Part shown: piece after piece, positions 50,354 through 60,865 of the stretch
Layout: each line of letters opens with the position of its first letter
How positions within the stretch are numbered: the stretch's first letter is position 1
Assembly (NCBI GenBank): GCA_963704165.1
Contig: CAVPHD010000004.1
Span: 320,001-384,000 of the forward strand
Length of the DNA stretch: 64,000 nt
From: an uncultured delta proteobacterium
GTDB lineage: Bacteria > Myxococcota_A > UBA9160 > SZUA-336
Reading direction: 5' to 3'
Position numbers and translations under genes: made by a program
The notes under the pieces: model-generated
What the model was told of the DNA's origin: nothing
Seen by the model: the letters and a program-made list of their open reading frames with translations, nothing else
The model's database searches: none

Positions 50354-50434
50354 CCGGCCTCCTGCGGCGGCGCAGCATATCACCCCGGGTGCGCCGGCCC
50401 GCGCGCCCTCGTGAAGTCCGTCTATCATGGGCGG

Positions 50435-51106
50435 GTGAAGAGCGATTCCACGCCCGCCGCGCCCGCCGCGACCGTCGTCCTGCTTCGCGACGTGGCCGGC
50501 TCGCTCGAGGTGCTGCTGCTGCGGCGCAACTCGCAGCTCGCCTTTCACGGCGGCGCCTGGGTCTTTCCCGGCGGGCGGATCGATGCGGCGGATTCGGGCG
50601 CGGGTGGTGAGCTCGGCGCCGCGCGCCGCGCCGCGACTCGGGAAGCGCGCGAGGAGGCGGGGCTCGAGCTCGAGCCCGAGGCGCTGGTGCAGGTCTCGCA
50701 CTGGACGACGCCGGAGGGTCTGCCGAAGCGATTCGCGACCTGGTTCTTCATCGGATCGGCCGCTGCGACACCGGTCCGTGTCGATGGGGGCGAGATCCAC
50801 GCTCACGCCTGGCTCACCCCGGAAGCCGCGATCGCGGCGCAGCGCGCGCGAGAGATCGAGCTCCCGCCGCCGACCTTCGTGACGCTGACGACGCTCCTGG
50901 GAAAGCGAAGCGCCGACGAGGCGATCGCCTCGGCGCGGGCCGCGGCTCCGCTCGTGTATCTGCCGCGGCTCGTTCGCATCGAGGGCGGCGCGTGCTCGCT
51001 CTATCCCGCGGATGCCGGCTGGGAGGAGCGCGATCCGGCGCGCGATGGTCCGCGCCATCGCCTGCTGATGCTCGACTCCGGCTGGCGCTACCTGCGCGAG
51101 GGCTAG
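50435..51106 (+). CDS. NUDIX hydrolase (NUDT19-like)
   Basis: AATVVLLR, VFPGGRID..REAREEAG, HWTTP..RFATWFF and LPPPT. Confidence 0.88.
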   Translation: MKSDSTPAAPAATVVLLRDVAGSLEVLLLRRNSQLAFHGGAWVFPGGRIDAADSGAGGELGAARRAATREAREEAGLELEPEALVQVSHWTTPEGLPKRFATWFFIGSAAATPVRVDGGEIHAHAWLTPEAAIAAQRAREIELPPPTFVTLTTLLGKRSADEAIASARAAAPLVYLPRLVRIEGGACSLYPADAGWEERDPARDGPRHRLLMLDSGWRYLREG

Positions 51107-52434
51107 CGAACGCGCGCGAGGGCGCTCTCGAGCGCCTGCTCGAAGCGCGAGGCGAGCAGCTCGATCTCGACCTCCGAGATCGTGAATGGCGGGCCGAACG
51201 TGATCACGTCGCGCGCGGGATCGACACCGCCGGGATACACGAACACGCCGTGCGCGATCCCCGAAGCGACGACCTTCGCGGTGAGTCCCGACTCGGTGGG
51301 GAAGGGCGCCTTCGAGCGCTTGTCGGCCACGAGCTCGATCGCCCAGAGCAGACCGCGCCCTCGCACGTCGCCGACGTTGGGGTGATCGAGCAATCGCGTG
51401 AGGCGCTTGCCGAGCTTCTCGCCCATCGATGCCGCGCGTTCGACGAGCTGCTCTCGCTCGAGGATGTCGAGCACCTGCTCCGCCGCCGCGCAGCTCGCGG
51501 GATGAGCCGAGTAGGTGAAGAACATGATCTCCTGGCCGCGCTCGACGATCGGCGCGACGACGGCCTCGGACGCGAAGATCCCACCCATCGGTGCGTAGCC
51601 GCTGGTGAGTCCCTTGCCGCTGATCAGGATGTCGGGTGTCACACCCCAGTGATCGACGGCGAAGCGCTTTCCGGTCCGACCGAAGCCGGTCATCACCTCG
51701 TCGGCGATCAGCAGCACGCCGAACCGTTTGCAGATCTCGGCGAGCTTCGGCCAGTACTCGTCCGGCGGAACCAACGCGCCCGCGGTCGAGCCACCGATCG
51801 GCTCCGCGATCACCGCGGCGACGTTCTCCGGACCTGCGCGCACGATGGCGGCCTCGACCTCGTCGGCACAGGCGACGGCGCAGGCCGGATGGGATTTCTG
51901 GAGCGGGCAGCGATAGCAGAAACAGGCGGGCGCCTTCGGCAGGTCGGCGAGCCACGGCTCGAAGCCCTTGCGCCGCTTGGCGTGACCGCCGACGGCGAGC
52001 GTTGCGAGCGTCGTACCGTGATACGAGAGATCGCGGCCGATCACCTGCCAGCGGGTTGGCTCGCCCTTGGCGACGAAGTGCGCGCGCGCGATTCGCAGCG
52101 CCGCATCGACGGCTTCCGATCCGCCGCTCGTGAAGGCCACGCGCGTGAGTCCGCGTGGCAGCCAGGAGCCGATCAGGCGTTCGACCAGCCGGACGCGGGC
52201 GTCCGTGGCGAAAGGGGGGAGCGCATAGGCCAACCGCTCGGCTTCTCGCGCGTACGCCTGTGCGACTTCGCGCCGACCGTGGCCGACGTTCACCACGATC
52301 GCTCCACCCGAAGCGTCGAGGATCTGCTGACCGTCGTCGGTGTACAGCCAGACGCCCTCGCTGCGCGCGATGCGCAGGGGAGTCGAGCCCGATCGGGCTG
52401 CGAAGGCGAATTTTCGCGCGCGCTCGGCTTCCAT
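51103..52434 (-). CDS. Class III PLP aminotransferase
   Basis: Motifs SGGSEA, SYHG, DEVMTGFGRTG and GKGLTSGY. Confidence 0.92.
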   Translation of the reverse strand: MEAERARKFAFAARSGSTPLRIARSEGVWLYTDDGQQILDASGGAIVVNVGHGRREVAQAYAREAERLAYALPPFATDARVRLVERLIGSWLPRGLTRVAFTSGGSEAVDAALRIARAHFVAKGEPTRWQVIGRDLSYHGTTLATLAVGGHAKRRKGFEPWLADLPKAPACFCYRCPLQKSHPACAVACADEVEAAIVRAGPENVAAVIAEPIGGSTAGALVPPDEYWPKLAEICKRFGVLLIADEVMTGFGRTGKRFAVDHWGVTPDILISGKGLTSGYAPMGGIFASEAVVAPIVERGQEIMFFTYSAHPASCAAAEQVLDILEREQLVERAASMGEKLGKRLTRLLDHPNVGDVRGRGLLWAIELVADKRSKAPFPTESGLTAKVVASGIAHGVFVYPGGVDPARDVITFGPPFTISEVEIELLASRFEQALESALARVR

Positions 52435-53264
52435 CAGGCGAGGCCGGCGAGCTTCGCGCTCTCGTCCCAGAGCGCTCGCGCGAGAGACTCGTCCTGCGCG
52501 AGCGGATCCGTCTTCGCCTGCCTGCAGTTCACGAAATACCGGCCGCTGACGGAATCGACCTCCGGTGACGAAGCCAGGTAGACCGACGTCCGCGCGCCCT
52601 TCTCGGGCGAGCTGAAGAACAGCCGGGTGACCGTGCGCATAAGGAACGACGAATCGCGGGCGATCTCCGTCGCGACACCGCCGGGGTGCAGTGAGTTCGA
52701 GGTGACGCCGCGGTCCGCGAGCCGTCGCGCGAGCTCGTTTGCGAACAGGATGTTCGCGAGCTTCGACTGCCGATACGCCCCGAACGCGCTGTACTTCGCC
52801 GGCCCGCGGAAGCTCCCGAAGTCGATCTTCCCGCCGGCGTGCATCATCGAACTGACCGTCACCACACGGGCGGGCGCACTCGCGATCAGCTTGTCGAGCA
52901 GCAGGTTCGTGAACAGGAAGTGCCCGAGGTGGTTCACCCCGATCTGCTCCTCGAAGCCGTCCTCGGTCGTCCGCTGGTTCGGCGGGAAGACGCCCGCGTT
53001 GTTGAGCAGCACGTCGATGCGGGGTTGGTCCGCGATCAGCTTCTCGGCGCACGCGCGAACCGAGCGCAGGCTTCCGAGCTCGAGTGGGACGAGCTCGACG
53101 CTGGCGCCCGGCGTTCGCGCGAGGATCTCGTCCCGTGCCCGTTCCGCCTTGTCGAGGTCGCGACAGGCGAGTACGAGACGAGCGCCACGCGAGGCGAGCT
53201 CCGATGCGGTGGCTTTTCCGATGCCCGAGCTTGCGCCCGTGATGAGGACCGTCTTGCCCGTCAT
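52434..53264 (-). CDS. SDR oxidoreductase (retinol dehydrogenase-like)
   Basis: TGASSGIG, NNAG, NHLGHF, YRQSKLAN and HPG; alternative start 53276. Confidence 0.92.
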   Translation of the reverse strand: MTGKTVLITGASSGIGKATASELASRGARLVLACRDLDKAERARDEILARTPGASVELVPLELGSLRSVRACAEKLIADQPRIDVLLNNAGVFPPNQRTTEDGFEEQIGVNHLGHFLFTNLLLDKLIASAPARVVTVSSMMHAGGKIDFGSFRGPAKYSAFGAYRQSKLANILFANELARRLADRGVTSNSLHPGGVATEIARDSSFLMRTVTRLFFSSPEKGARTSVYLASSPEVDSVSGRYFVNCRQAKTDPLAQDESLARALWDESAKLAGLA

Positions 53265-53311
53265 GGCGGAGCGCATGATAGCCTGAGACTCGACACCAGA
53301 GGGAGATCGCC

Positions 53312-54193
53312 GTGAAGTTGGGCGTCTTCTGTCCGCTCTTGAGCCCGATTGCAGATCCCTCCTACGTGCGTGCGTTCGGAGAGACCGCCGAGGCCCTCGG
53401 CTTCGACTCGCTCTGGGTCGCGGAGCACGTCGTGCTCTTCGACGACTACCGATCGAAGTACCCGTACTCGGCCGACGGGCGCATCCCCGCTGCGCCGGAG
53501 AGCGGGATACTCGAGCCGTTCACGACGCTCGCGTATCTCGCCGCCGCGACGACGCGGATCCGGCTCGGCACGGGGATCGCACTGCTCCCTCAACGCAATC
53601 CGGTGTACACGGCCAAGGAGGCCGCGAACGTCGATTGGCTCTCGGGCGGACGACTCGACCTCGGCGTCGGCGTCGGCTGGTTGGCCGAGGAGTTCCGCGC
53701 GGTCGGCGTGCCCTGGGCCCGGCGCGGCGAGCGCACGCGCTCCTACGTCGAGGTCATGCGTCGGCTCTGGTGCGACGAGCTGTCGGAGTACAAGGACGAG
53801 TTCTACGAGCTTCCCGCCTGTCGGCAGTTCCCCAAGCCGGTGCAGAAGCCGCACGTTCCGATCCACTTCGGTGGAGAAAGCGACGCGGCCCTGCAGCGCG
53901 TCGCCGACATCGGTCAGGGCTGGTACGGCTTCAACCTCGAGCCGGACGAGTTCGCCGAGCGCCTGGGCCGGCTCGACGCGATGCTCGCTTCGAACGGCCG
54001 CAATCGCCGCGACCTTCTCATCTCGGTCTCGCCCTATCTGCGCGAGATGAACCCTGCGAAGCTCGAGGCGTACCGGCGCGCCGGTGCGGATCAGGTGATC
54101 CTCGTCGCCTTCGCACGCGACCGCGACGCGATCGCGTCCGCGCTCGGCGAGCTCGCGGAGACGTACCTCCCCACCGCACGGCGGCTCGGCTGA
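53312..54193 (+). CDS. LLM-class, probably F420-dependent oxidoreductase (Rv2161c-like)
   Basis: Motifs WVAEHVV..YPY, LGVGVGWLAEEF and PKPVQ.PH.PI.FGG. Confidence 0.88.
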   Translation: MKLGVFCPLLSPIADPSYVRAFGETAEALGFDSLWVAEHVVLFDDYRSKYPYSADGRIPAAPESGILEPFTTLAYLAAATTRIRLGTGIALLPQRNPVYTAKEAANVDWLSGGRLDLGVGVGWLAEEFRAVGVPWARRGERTRSYVEVMRRLWCDELSEYKDEFYELPACRQFPKPVQKPHVPIHFGGESDAALQRVADIGQGWYGFNLEPDEFAERLGRLDAMLASNGRNRRDLLISVSPYLREMNPAKLEAYRRAGADQVILVAFARDRDAIASALGELAETYLPTARRLG

Positions 54194-54205
54194 AGGGGAT
54201 CCGCG

Positions 54206-55085
54206 CTAGGCGCGGCCGGGCGCGAGCGCTTCGAGCACGCGCCAGTCGGGAAGCGGCTGACCGCTCGAGTTGATCGGCTGGATGCAGACGTGGCTCGCCC
54301 CCGCGTCGAGATGCGCGCGCACACGCTTCTGCAGCACGGAGACGTCACCCCAGGCGACGGTCGCGTCGATGAACCGGTCGCTGCCGCCGTTCTCGAAGTC
54401 TCTGTCCGCGAAGCCCAGCCGCTTCCAGTTGTTGCGGTAGTTCTCGAGACCGAGGTAGATGCCCGCGGTGAGTCGGGCGAGCTGACGCGCCTTCGTCGCA
54501 TCGGTCTCGAGCAGGACCTTCTGCTCGACGCAGAGCCATGCGTCGGGTCCCATCTGCTTTCGCGCCATCGCGGTGTGCTCCGGCGTCGTGAAGTAGGGAT
54601 GCGCGCCCTCGGGTCTTCGTCGCCGCGAGCTCGAGCATCTTCGGTCCGAGCGCGGCGAGCACGGTCGGTGGCGCCTCGGCCGGCGGAACCGCCGCATAGG
54701 GCGCCTTCTCCATCCGCTCGAGGTACGCGCGCATCGTCGCGACCGGGCGTGCGTACACGTGCCCGCGCACCGCTTCGACCATCGGCCGGTGCGAGACGCC
54801 GAGTCCGAGCAGGAACCGCCCGCCCGACTGCTCCGCGAGCGTCTTCTGCGCGGCCGCGGTAGCCGCTGCGTCGCGCGCGTAGATGTTCGCGATGCCGGTC
54901 GCGACGACCAGCCGCTCGGTCTTCGCGAGCAGCCACGCGGCGTGCGCAAAGGGGTGGCGCCCGATCGCCTCGGGAATCCAGAACGCGCCGTAGCCCAGCG
55001 ACTCGATGCGTTGCGCGGCCTCGGCCGCCTGTGCCGCGGTCAGGGTTTCCGTGAAGTACCAGACTCCGAGCTTGCCGAGCTGCAT
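54206..55085 (-). CDS. LLM-class, probably F420-dependent oxidoreductase (MSMEG_4141-like), +1 frameshift near 54612
   Basis: VATGIANIYAR, LGLGVSH, AALGPKML and GAHPY..PEHT. Confidence 0.88.
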
Positions 55086-55186
55086 GGGTGAGCGCCTCCT
55101 CGACCCGCCTTGTCGCATACTGGAGGCACCTCTCGCCACAGGGGTCCCGTTCGTGTCGCATCCGCGCGCCCGCAGCCATCGATCGC

Positions 55187-55215
55187 GAATCCGAAATCGC
55201 GAGCCACACGTATCA
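55187..55215 (+). promoter_or_regulatory. ECF (SigK-like) autoregulatory promoter
   Basis: GAATCC-N16-CGTATCA upstream of the sigma gene; the same motif recurs at 56745-56775. Confidence 0.5.
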
Positions 55216-55232
55216 GAACGTGGAGGACGTGG

Positions 55233-55844
55233 TTGAGACGCGTGCCCCCGACACCCGGCGTGCCGGCGACGTCCGGTGCGATGGCGACGGATGGTGAGCT
55301 TCTGCGTCGCCTTTCGGAGCGGGAGACGCTCGCGCTCGAGACGCTGTACGCACGCTACTCGTCGTACGTGATGGGCATCGCGCTGCGAATCTTGGCAAGT
55401 CGGGAGGAGGCGGAGGAGGTCGTGCAGGACGTGTTCTGGCAGCTCTGGAAGTCCGAGCTCCGCTACGACCCGGCACGCGGGCGCTTCTCGACGTGGCTCT
55501 TCTCGGTCACGCGCTTCCGTTGCCTCGACCGGCTGCGCTCGCGCGAGCGCGCATTCCCGCGCGCGGGGCTCCACGAGCTGGACGCACTCGAATCCCATTC
55601 CGACCAGGAGGGCGAGGCCTACCTCGTCGAACGGCAGAAGGAGGTACGGGCCGTCCTCTCGCGCCTCCCGGACGAGCAGCGCGCGGCGATCGAGCTCGCG
55701 TTTTTTCACGGGCTCACCCATTTCGAGATCTCGGAGCGCACCGGCCAGGCGCTCGGGACGGTGAAGAGCCGAATCCGCCGCGGGTTGGTCCGACTGCGCG
55801 GCGCGCTGCCCCATCTGGATACCCGACGCGGAGAGGAACCATGA
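55233..55844 (+). CDS. ECF sigma factor (SigK-like)
   Basis: AEEVVQDVF..W, YDPARG.FSTW and LAFFHGLTH.EI..GTVKSRIRRG; TTG after GGAGG (alternative ATG 55281). Confidence 0.92.
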   Translation: MRRVPPTPGVPATSGAMATDGELLRRLSERETLALETLYARYSSYVMGIALRILASREEAEEVVQDVFWQLWKSELRYDPARGRFSTWLFSVTRFRCLDRLRSRERAFPRAGLHELDALESHSDQEGEAYLVERQKEVRAVLSRLPDEQRAAIELAFFHGLTHFEISERTGQALGTVKSRIRRGLVRLRGALPHLDTRRGEEP

Positions 55845-56705
55845 GCGAGCACGCCGATCTCTTGGAAATCGCGGAGCTCTACGGGCTCGGCGGTCTCGGG
55901 GACTCCGAGCGCGCGCAGCTCGAGCAGCACGTGGCGGATGGCTGCGGCGAGTGCGAGGCCGTTCTCCGAGCGAATCTCGACATCGCCGGAGCGCTGTTGC
56001 TCGCGAGCGCTCCGGTCCAGCCCTCGCCCGTCGTGCGCCAACGTCTGCTCGCGCGCGCCCGGAACGACGGCGACGTCGGCTCCGCGAAATCTGCGGCCCC
56101 CGGCCGTGCGACGCGCGGCGCTGCGCGATCGACGCGCGGGCGGCTCGCGGCGGTCGCGGCCGCGGTTCTCCTGCTCGGCTCTTGGGGGTACGCGGCGTTG
56201 CTCGGTGCCCGCCTTGCGCAGCAGAACAAGACCGTGGACGAGCTCGAGGATCTGCTCGTCTACGAAGAGAGCATCTCGTGGGCGCTCGTCCGCGAAACCG
56301 AGCGCGAGCGTTCCCAGCGCGTCGCCCTCGAGAACCGACTGCAACGACTCTCGCGAATCGTCGCGGCGATCGAAGCTCCGCTCGCGCGTAGCCTCGCGCT
56401 CGCCGGTCAGGGCGATTTCCACCGTGCTCAGGCGAAGGCGTACATCGAGCCGGTCAGCGGGCGGCTGATCCTCTACGCGCACAACCTCCCGCCGGTCCCC
56501 GACGGTCGCACGTACCAGATCTGGGTCATCGTCGGCGATCGGTCGCGAAGCGCGGGAGCTGTTCCGATCTGACAACTCCGGGGAGGCCAAGTACGATGGC
56601 GGCCGACTGCAGGACCTCGACGGTCCGGTGAAGGTGGCGGTTACGCTCGAGCCAGAGGGTGGCGCGCCACACCCCACCGGACCGCTCGTGCTCGCCGGGT
56701 CGTAA
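55841..56705 (+). CDS. Anti-sigma factor (RskA-like with H..CxxC), frameshift near 56557
   Basis: QHVADGCGEC, a TM helix and NLPP..RTYQIW; the shifted frame continues AVTLEPEGGAPHPTGPLVL. Confidence 0.88.
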
Positions 56706-56744
56706 GTGCAGCAGTCCGGACTCAGGAAAATCTCGACGCTCGCT

Positions 56745-56775
56745 GCATCCAGGCCCGAAGCCGGCACCCGTATCA
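56745..56775 (+). promoter_or_regulatory. Second ECF-type promoter, upstream of the DUF1329 gene
   Basis: GCATCC-N18-CGTATCA. Confidence 0.4.
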
Positions 56776-56809
56776 ACCCAAGTTACACCCAGCCCTCCAG
56801 GGAGATCTC

Positions 56810-58154
56810 ATGCGCAAGCTCGCGATACTGCTCTGCCTCGCCGTCTCGGTGAACGCGTTCGCCGCAGAAAAAGGTTCGGAGGACGTCCTCCCGAACATGC
56901 CCTTCAAAGAGGGCGACACGATCACGTTCGATCAGCTCGAGAAGCTGAAGGACTTCCTGCCCCCGCAGTTCTGGGAGAACCGCGAGTTCTTCTTCTACGA
57001 GGGCATGCAGCTCGAAGTCGGCCCGGCGATGCGCGACTACACCGAAGCCGAGCCCTACAAGGCGGCGAGCGAGAAGTTCAAGGGCCAGACCAAGATCGTC
57101 GACGACGGCGGCATCTCGGGGTTCGTCGCCGGTCGGCCGTTCGCGACCGAGGCGATCGACTGCAAGGGGGATCCGCAGGCCGCCACCAAGATCATCTGGA
57201 ACTTCAACAAGGTCTGGAACGGCGACGGTGCGGACTCGACCTGGTCGTACACGTACTGGGATCGAGGCGAGCAGCTGCCGCTGTACTACGAGGGCACGCG
57301 CGCGAGCGATCGCGCTCACCAATCGCGTCGAGCCGGAGTACCTCGAGAAGAACGACAGCGACATCTTCCCGAACGAGAAGCGCATGAACGTGTTCGGCAT
57401 CGAGGTCGAGGCCCCGTTCGACGCTCGCGGCATCCTCGTGCTGACCTACCGCTACAAGTCGGCCGACGGGCCGCTGAAGCAGGCCAAGAACGACGACACC
57501 TGGGTGTACGTCCCCGACCTGCGGCGCGTGCGCCGCATCTCGTCGGCGCAGCGCACGGACTCGGTGCAGGGCACGGACTTCACGATGGACGACCTGCGCA
57601 GCTTCTCGGGGATTCCGCCGCAGTACGAGTGGAAGTGCGTCGGCGAGCAGACCGTGATCGGTCCGATGAACACCAAGTCGCTCGCCTACCCCTACTCCGA
57701 TTCGTACAACTTCGGTCCGTACGGTTTCTCGTACGCGAGCGACCGATGGGAGGTCCGCAACGCCTGGATCGTCCGCTTCGATCCGCGGAACGAGGACCAC
57801 CCGTACCACCACAAGGACATCTACATCGACAAGCAGACCTACGAGCCGATCTACAGCTTCGCGTACGACCGAAAGAAGGAGCTGTGGAAGATCATCTGGC
57901 ACAACCACCGCTGGAGCGAGGACTGGGACGGGAAGAAGAACAAGGACCCGAAGGCCTCGGACGGCGTGTGGTACGCGGGCTGGGAAGGCGTCCCCGAGCC
58001 GAAGGATCTTCGCGTGATCAGCGACATCATCGTCAACGTGCAGACCGGCACGGGGAACCGGATCGAGTTCTGGAACAGCAACGGAGAGCCGCTCTCGAGC
58101 AAGGGCAAGATCCGCCGCTACATCGACATCGGGCGTCTCAACAAAGGCCGCTAG
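56810..58154 (+). CDS. DUF1329 domain-containing exported protein (frameshift near 57300)
   Basis: Signal peptide; AGRPF..DPQAATKIIWN, WVYVPDLRRVRR and AYDRKKELWK. Confidence 0.85.
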
Positions 58155-58177
58155 CCGCAATCGGCACGGCACATGCG

Positions 58178-58203
58178 GGCCCCGGATCGCGAGATCCGGG
58201 GCC
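58178..58203. terminator. Hairpin terminator between convergent genes
   Basis: GGCCCCGGATC-GCGA-GATCCGGGGCC forms an 11-bp perfect stem with a GNRA loop, followed by TTCGCGTTT. Confidence 0.65.
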
Positions 58204-58211
58204 TTCGCGTT

Positions 58212-58586
58212 TCAGTCGCGCGTGTACCACCACGCCCAGGCGATCAGAACGAGCTGGAGTGGAAGCCGGACGTAGCCGATCGGTCCGGCCCCCTCGCTCG
58301 CTCCGAAGACCGGTACGTCGTGGATCGCGACGTGGATGTTCGCGGGAAAGACCGCGACGAGCAGCGCGATCGTCGCCCACGCCGCGAGCTTGCGCGTGGG
58401 CGGAAACAGCAGGCCGACGCCGCAGAGCACCTCGGCGACACCCGAGAGGAACACGAGCTCGGCGTGCCACGGCAGGTAGGGCGGCATCATCGGCAGGTAG
58501 AAGTCGGGCTGCCGGAAGTGCATGACGCCCGCCCACACGTAGAATGCGGCCATCAGCCAGAGCAGCGCCTGCTTGGTGATCTTCAT
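58212..58586 (-). CDS. DoxX-like membrane protein
   Basis: Motifs AGVMHF, SGVAE, AVFPANI and RLPLQ. Confidence 0.85.
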   Translation of the reverse strand: MKITKQALLWLMAAFYVWAGVMHFRQPDFYLPMMPPYLPWHAELVFLSGVAEVLCGVGLLFPPTRKLAAWATIALLVAVFPANIHVAIHDVPVFGASEGAGPIGYVRLPLQLVLIAWAWWYTRD

Positions 58587-58616
58587 CGGCACGAGCCTAT
58601 CAGCGAGGAGCGGGAC

Positions 58617-59554
58617 ATGAAACAGATCCGGAACCGGGTGACCGAGCTTCTCGGCGTCGAGATCCCGATCGTGCAGGCGCCGATGGGCTGGATCGCGCGC
58701 GCGCCGCTCGCGTCGGCGGTCTCGAACGCCGGCGGCATGGGCATCATCGAGACCTCCTCCGGCGAACTCGACGCGGTGCGCGAGGAGATCCGCAAGATGC
58801 GCGATCTCACCGACAAGCCGTTCGGCGTCAACATCGCGCAGATGTTCGTGCGCGACCCGAAGATCGTCGATTTCGTCGTCGCGCAGGGTGTGCGCTTCGT
58901 CACCACCTCGGCCGGCGATCCGACGAAGCACACCACGCAGCTGAAGTCGGCGGGGCTGACCGTCTTTCACGTCGTTCCGACGCTGCGCGCGGCGCAGAAG
59001 GCGATCGAAGCCGGCGTGGACGGCCTGGTCGTCGAGGGCGGCGAGGGGGAGGATTCAAGAACCCGCGCGACGTCGCGACGATGGTTCTGCTGCCGCTGAT
59101 CTGCTCGCGCGTCGGTGTGCCGGTGATCGCGGCCGGGGGCATCTGCGACGGACGGTCGATGGCCGCCGCCTTCGCGCTCGGTGCGGAAGGCGTTCAGATG
59201 GGTACGCGCATGGTGTCGGCCGCGGAATCGCCGGTCCACGCGAACTTCAAGCAGGCGATTTGCGATGCGGCCGAAACCGACACGGTGTTCCTGAATCGCC
59301 ACCACCGGCCGGGCCTTCGAGCGCTGCGAACGCAGCGCACCGAGCGGCTCGAGCGCGACGAGAAAGTCGAAATGAGCGAGCTCGGCCGGGTGCTCGAGCT
59401 CTACTTCGGCGGCGACATGGAGGCGTCGATCGCGCTTTCCGGCCAGGTCTCGGGACGGATCGAGTCGGTTCGCCCGGTCGCGGAGATCCTGCGCGACACG
59501 ATGCGAGAGTTCGGCGAAGTCGCCGAGCGGCTCGGCGGTCTCGTCTCGGGTTAG
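58617..59554 (+). CDS. Nitronate monooxygenase/FabK-like flavin oxidoreductase (-1 frameshift at G run 59045-59049)
   Basis: PIVQAPMG, SNAGGMG, EGGEGG(GFK), AAGGICDG and GVQMGTR. Confidence 0.88.
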
Positions 59555-59564
59555 GGACCTTGGG

Positions 59565-59999
59565 CTACGACTCGCCCGGTGCCGGCGGCTTGGTCGCCAG
59601 CGCGATCCCCTGCGCCCCGGCTTCCTGCGCGATGTCGAGGATGTTGACGGCCTGACCGAGCAGCACCTTCTTGTCCCCGCGCAGGATCACGATCTTCTCG
59701 CGCGCCTTGTCCAGGGCCTCCTTGAGCGCCGCGGGTAGATTCGCCTCCGCGACCTCGACGCCATCGACCTCGATGCCACCGCCCGCGGTGACCGTGACGC
59801 TGACACCGGACGGCGTCGTCGACGCGACCGCCGAGCTCGGCAGATCGACTTCCTTGCCCTGATTCGAAACCACGCTCGTCGTGACCATGAAGATGATCAG
59901 CAGGACGAGGAAGATGTCCGTCAGCGGAGTGATGTTGATTTCGGCGACGATCCCATCGTCGTCGCCGTCGCCTCCACTAGGCAGGGAGCGGGCGGCCAT
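59565..59999 (-). CDS. ExbD/TolR family protein
   Basis: EINITPLTDIFLVLLIIFMV with the conserved TM Asp; LRGDK. Confidence 0.93.
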   Translation of the reverse strand: MAARSLPSGGDGDDDGIVAEINITPLTDIFLVLLIIFMVTTSVVSNQGKEVDLPSSAVASTTPSGVSVTVTAGGGIEVDGVEVAEANLPAALKEALDKAREKIVILRGDKKVLLGQAVNILDIAQEAGAQGIALATKPPAPGES

Positions 60000-60747
60000 G
60001 CCGTACCTCCTCGGGCTTCTCGTCCGGGTAGGTCGCGCTCGCCGATTCGACGTAGAGCAGCGCCTGGATCAGGCGTTCGCAGGAGCGCGCGAAGATCCCG
60101 GCGATCGCACCCGCGCGGACCTGCAGGTAGTTGAAGGCGGCGAGCGCCAGAATCGCGACGAGCAGGCCGACCGCGGTTGCGACCAGCGCTTCGGAGATCC
60201 CCGCCGCGACGACCGCGAAGCCGCCGGAGCCCTGCACCGCCATGTCGTGGAAGGCCTTGAGAATTCCCCAGACGGTTCCGAGCAGGCCGATGAACGGTGC
60301 GAGCGATCCGATCGTTCCCAGCATCCAGAGTCCACGGCGCATCTCGGTGGTCGCTTCGCTGCGCGAGGTCGCGAGCACGCTGTTCAGGTCCTCGAGCGCG
60401 ATGTTTCGCCAGCGCAGCCCCTCGAGGAAGATCCCGGCGAGCGGCGTCTTCGCCGACTCGCAGAGCGAGCGCGCCGTGACGAGATCGTGTTTCACGAGCG
60501 CATCGACGACGCCGCGTGTCAGGTCTCGACTGCGGCGATCGATCCCCGCGTAGCGGACCAGCTGCTGGATGACGACGGCGACTCCGATCACCGAGCACAA
60601 GGCCAGCGGGATGACCGTGAGCCGGCCGACCCAGAGAAGGTGAAGGATGGTCGCGGTATCGAACGTGCTCACGATCTGCCCGGCACCGGTGAGATCACCA
60701 GCGGCCTGCGTCGCGACGTTCACTGCAGTCTCGGTTACTGGATCCAA
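59977..60747 (-). CDS. MotA/TolQ/ExbB proton channel protein
   Basis: LGTIGSLAPFIGLLGTVWGI and ISEALVATAVGLLVAI. Confidence 0.93.
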   Translation of the reverse strand: MDPVTETAVNVATQAAGDLTGAGQIVSTFDTATILHLLWVGRLTVIPLALCSVIGVAVVIQQLVRYAGIDRRSRDLTRGVVDALVKHDLVTARSLCESAKTPLAGIFLEGLRWRNIALEDLNSVLATSRSEATTEMRRGLWMLGTIGSLAPFIGLLGTVWGILKAFHDMAVQGSGGFAVVAAGISEALVATAVGLLVAILALAAFNYLQVRAGAIAGIFARSCERLIQALLYVESASATYPDEKPEEVRHGRPLPA

Positions 60748-60835
60748 GGTCGGCCCTTTTCCTTTGCGGGGTTGATCAACACGAGCGCGTCAAGCTATCC
60801 GATCGGGGAGTCGATCGCAGGGTCTGGTGGCCGCG

Positions 60836-60865
60836 TTGACGCTCGCTGGGAACATGCTTAGCATG
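60836..60865 (+). promoter_or_regulatory. sigma70 promoter overlapped by a palindrome
   Basis: TTGACG-N17-TAGCAT; the 6-1-6 palindrome CATGCT-T-AGCATG covers the -10. Confidence 0.5.
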
